IMG/VR virus record: IMGVR_UViG_3300032053_000031
Strand: one strand, 5' to 3'
DNA length: 64,000 nucleotides
DNA from: a virus
Lineage: Duplodnaviria; Heunggongvirae; Uroviricota; Caudoviricetes
Shown here: piece by piece, positions 62,333-64,000 of the stretch
Numbering within the stretch: position 1 is the stretch's first letter
How the letters are laid out: each line of letters begins with the position of its first letter
Notes under the pieces: generated by a model
What the model was told of the DNA's origin: nothing
What the model saw: only the letters and a program-made list of their open reading frames with translations
The model's database searches: none
Translations under genes and position numbers: made by a program

Positions 62333-63091
62333 ATGTCTAGGGACGATTTAGGTTGTCGTATGAAAGAGCAGTATGAGGATAGAACTCGCTTCTTTGTCCC
62401 TCGTAGGACCTGGACTATCGTTCGTGTAGATGGTAAAGCTTTTCATACCTTAACTAGAAACTGTGCTCGGCCATATGACGAAAAGCTTATGGATGTGATG
62501 AGGGACACAGCTATCGAGATGGTAAAGGAAATGCAGGGAGCTAACCTTGCATATGTTCAGTCCGATGAGATATCCATTCTTCTAACCGACTTTGCAAAAG
62601 AGACTACATCTGCGTGGTTTGATGGTAACATACAGAAGATATCATCTGTCTCTGCATCTATGGCTACTGCTTTTTTTAATGAAAAAGCCGGCGATGAGAG
62701 TGAAGCATTATTTGATGACGTAGCCTTCTTTGATGGAAGATGTTTCACAATTCCAGACCCTATCGAAGTAGAAAACTATTTTATCTGGCGACAGGTAGAT
62801 GCTACGAGAAACAGTATTCAAATGGCTGCTCAAGCTATCTTTAGTCATAAGGAACTTCTTAATAAAAATAATGCAGACATGCAGGAAATGTTATTCCAAA
62901 AAGGAATTAACTGGAATGACTATTCCTCCAGGTGTAAGAGGGGTCAAGTTATTGTAAAAGTTCCTTGCATCATAACTACTCCTCAGGGCTTACAAGCGGA
63001 TGGTACAAGATGGGACACTCCAGAAACGCCTATCTTCACACAGGATAGAGACTTTCTCAGAAAGCATATACCAGTACAAGCGTCATGGTAA
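62333..63091 (+). CDS. Thg1-like protein (tRNA-His guanylyltransferase family; 3'-5' polymerase / tRNA 5'-end repair)
   Basis: VRVDGKAFH, YVQSDEISILL and FIWRQVDATRNS correspond to conserved Thg1/TLP blocks (VRxDGxxFH, QSDExS, SWRQxD); 252 aa. Confidence 0.7.
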   Translation: MSRDDLGCRMKEQYEDRTRFFVPRRTWTIVRVDGKAFHTLTRNCARPYDEKLMDVMRDTAIEMVKEMQGANLAYVQSDEISILLTDFAKETTSAWFDGNIQKISSVSASMATAFFNEKAGDESEALFDDVAFFDGRCFTIPDPIEVENYFIWRQVDATRNSIQMAAQAIFSHKELLNKNNADMQEMLFQKGINWNDYSSRCKRGQVIVKVPCIITTPQGLQADGTRWDTPETPIFTQDRDFLRKHIPVQASW

Positions 63092-63094
63092 TTT

Positions 63095-63415
63095 ATGAAA
63101 ATGCTGGAATATCTTCCGTGGATGTGTATGGGTCTTCTCTCATTTACTGGAGGAGAATATTTTAGTAAACTTTATCAATTAAATCCACAACGGGATACAG
63201 CATTAGCCGCAATACTTATATACAGCTGCGGAGTTTACTTCTGGCTAAGAATGCTATATATTGTAGGAAGTTTAACTATAGCGGGAACAATATGGGGTGT
63301 GCTTACGTCTCTAATTACAATAATAATGGGTGTATTGATTTTTGGTGAACAATTAACCTGTGTTCAATGGATTGGAGTCATACTGGCATTTACATCATCA
63401 TTACTACTATTATAA
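63095..63415 (+). CDS. small multi-pass membrane protein (3-4 TM)
   Basis: 106 aa, highly hydrophobic. Confidence 0.45.
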   Translation: MKMLEYLPWMCMGLLSFTGGEYFSKLYQLNPQRDTALAAILIYSCGVYFWLRMLYIVGSLTIAGTIWGVLTSLITIIMGVLIFGEQLTCVQWIGVILAFTSSLLLL

Positions 63416-63517
63416 TTTGGTGACAATATGAAAGAAAGAGAAATGGCTGAAAAAAATTGACACCAATATTAAGTTGATTCAACGACGTATGACTTCGTTG
63501 TTGATGGCAAATGGATA

Positions 63518-63964
63518 TTAAAGAAGTTTTCTTAATTCGTCAGGATAATTGTCAATGACAAACTTAAGCAGGTCTTCTACGCGCTGGCCGTATGGATGAG
63601 AAGATGTCCAGAGTTCTAAGTTGTCAATTCGGTTGTCGTCACGAATACCGTTCTTATGATGAACAGTCTCGTTAGGTTTAAGGTGGCGACCAAGATGCTT
63701 TTCCATAACAATGATATGTTCTGGTACATTAAAACTTCCACCGGTTGCTTTGGGATGAGAATATTGACCACTAAGAATAATATATCCATGAATACTTTTA
63801 GTGCGACCTTTTTTTGTAGGAGGGGCCGAAGGTACCTCGTCGCTTAGGACACTTGCTACAGCATATGGTAGCTTCTTTCCTTGCAGAGTAGAAAACTTGT
63901 CCGCAAGCAATACACAGACCACTATATTTAGAAGGATACCAGTAGTGAATGCCCTTGGCCGCAA
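63518..63964 (-). CDS. HNH endonuclease (free-standing, opposite strand); N-terminus likely continues in another frame (63798..63989)
   Basis: HHKNGIRDDNRIDNLELW HNH motif. The overlapping minus-strand ORF 63798..63989 has a zinc-finger-like CIACG...CCSKC segment, suggesting a frameshifted single gene. Confidence 0.65.
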   Translation of the reverse strand: MRPRAFTTGILLNIVVCVLLADKFSTLQGKKLPYAVASVLSDEVPSAPPTKKGRTKSIHGYIILSGQYSHPKATGGSFNVPEHIIVMEKHLGRHLKPNETVHHKNGIRDDNRIDNLELWTSSHPYGQRVEDLLKFVIDNYPDELRKLL

Positions 63965-64000
63965 ACTTTAACATTTGTTCTTCTGTCATAAAATATTATA

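Noticed and set aside
1-64000. CRISPR arrays, rRNA genes, integrase/att sites, transposases
   Set aside because: I saw no direct-repeat/spacer arrays, no rRNA-like conserved stretches, and no integrase or transposase motifs on either strand. The repeated elements found are the 3-copy promoter-like motif and the paralog-derived repeats.

Overview
The window reads as part of a large, AT-rich, Shine-Dalgarno-using dsDNA phage (or phage-like element) genome. This is an inference from gene content and layout: four tRNAs, RNA-repair enzymes, free-standing HNH endonucleases, ClpP, and very small genes packed tightly. Almost every gene is on the + strand; only two HNH homing-endonuclease genes are on the - strand. 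Many neighbouring genes overlap by 4 nt (ATGA) or 1 nt.

The most unusual signal is a very large paralogous family of about 70 small genes encoding 60-110 aa cysteine-rich proteins. Each starts with a near-invariant N-terminal motif: basic residues, then L-C-C-[LIMV]-[VI]-[NHK]-P, then CxxC-x3-5-CxxC. A variant subset has CL[AIVS]C instead of LCC. The family sits in tandem arrays across the whole window and takes up roughly a quarter of the sequence. I do not recognise it as a described family.

The rest of the window holds a dense tRNA/RNA-repair toolkit: tRNA-Tyr, tRNA-Gln, tRNA-Val, tRNA-Thr, a CCA-adding enzyme, RtcB, two RNA-ligase-like enzymes, an ATP-dependent DNA ligase, a minimal ligase-like nucleotidyltransferase, a Thg1-like tRNA 5'-end repair enzyme, a small HAD phosphatase and two metallophosphoesterases. 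Other recognisable genes are a MoxR AAA+ ATPase next to a VWA/HExxH protein, two radical SAM enzymes, ClpP and ClpS, an SPFH protein, a LemA-family protein, a type IV pilin-like protein, and a Lar-like restriction-alleviation zinc ribbon. A tentative amidoligase/Ntn-GATase/AbrB cluster is also present. Two GC-rich islands (about 11.15-12.31 kb and 17.35-18.74 kb) sit in the AT-rich backbone. A conserved intergenic element recurs three times, and two perfect 17-18 bp hairpins are present. All calls come from reading the sequence and motifs; no database search was possible.
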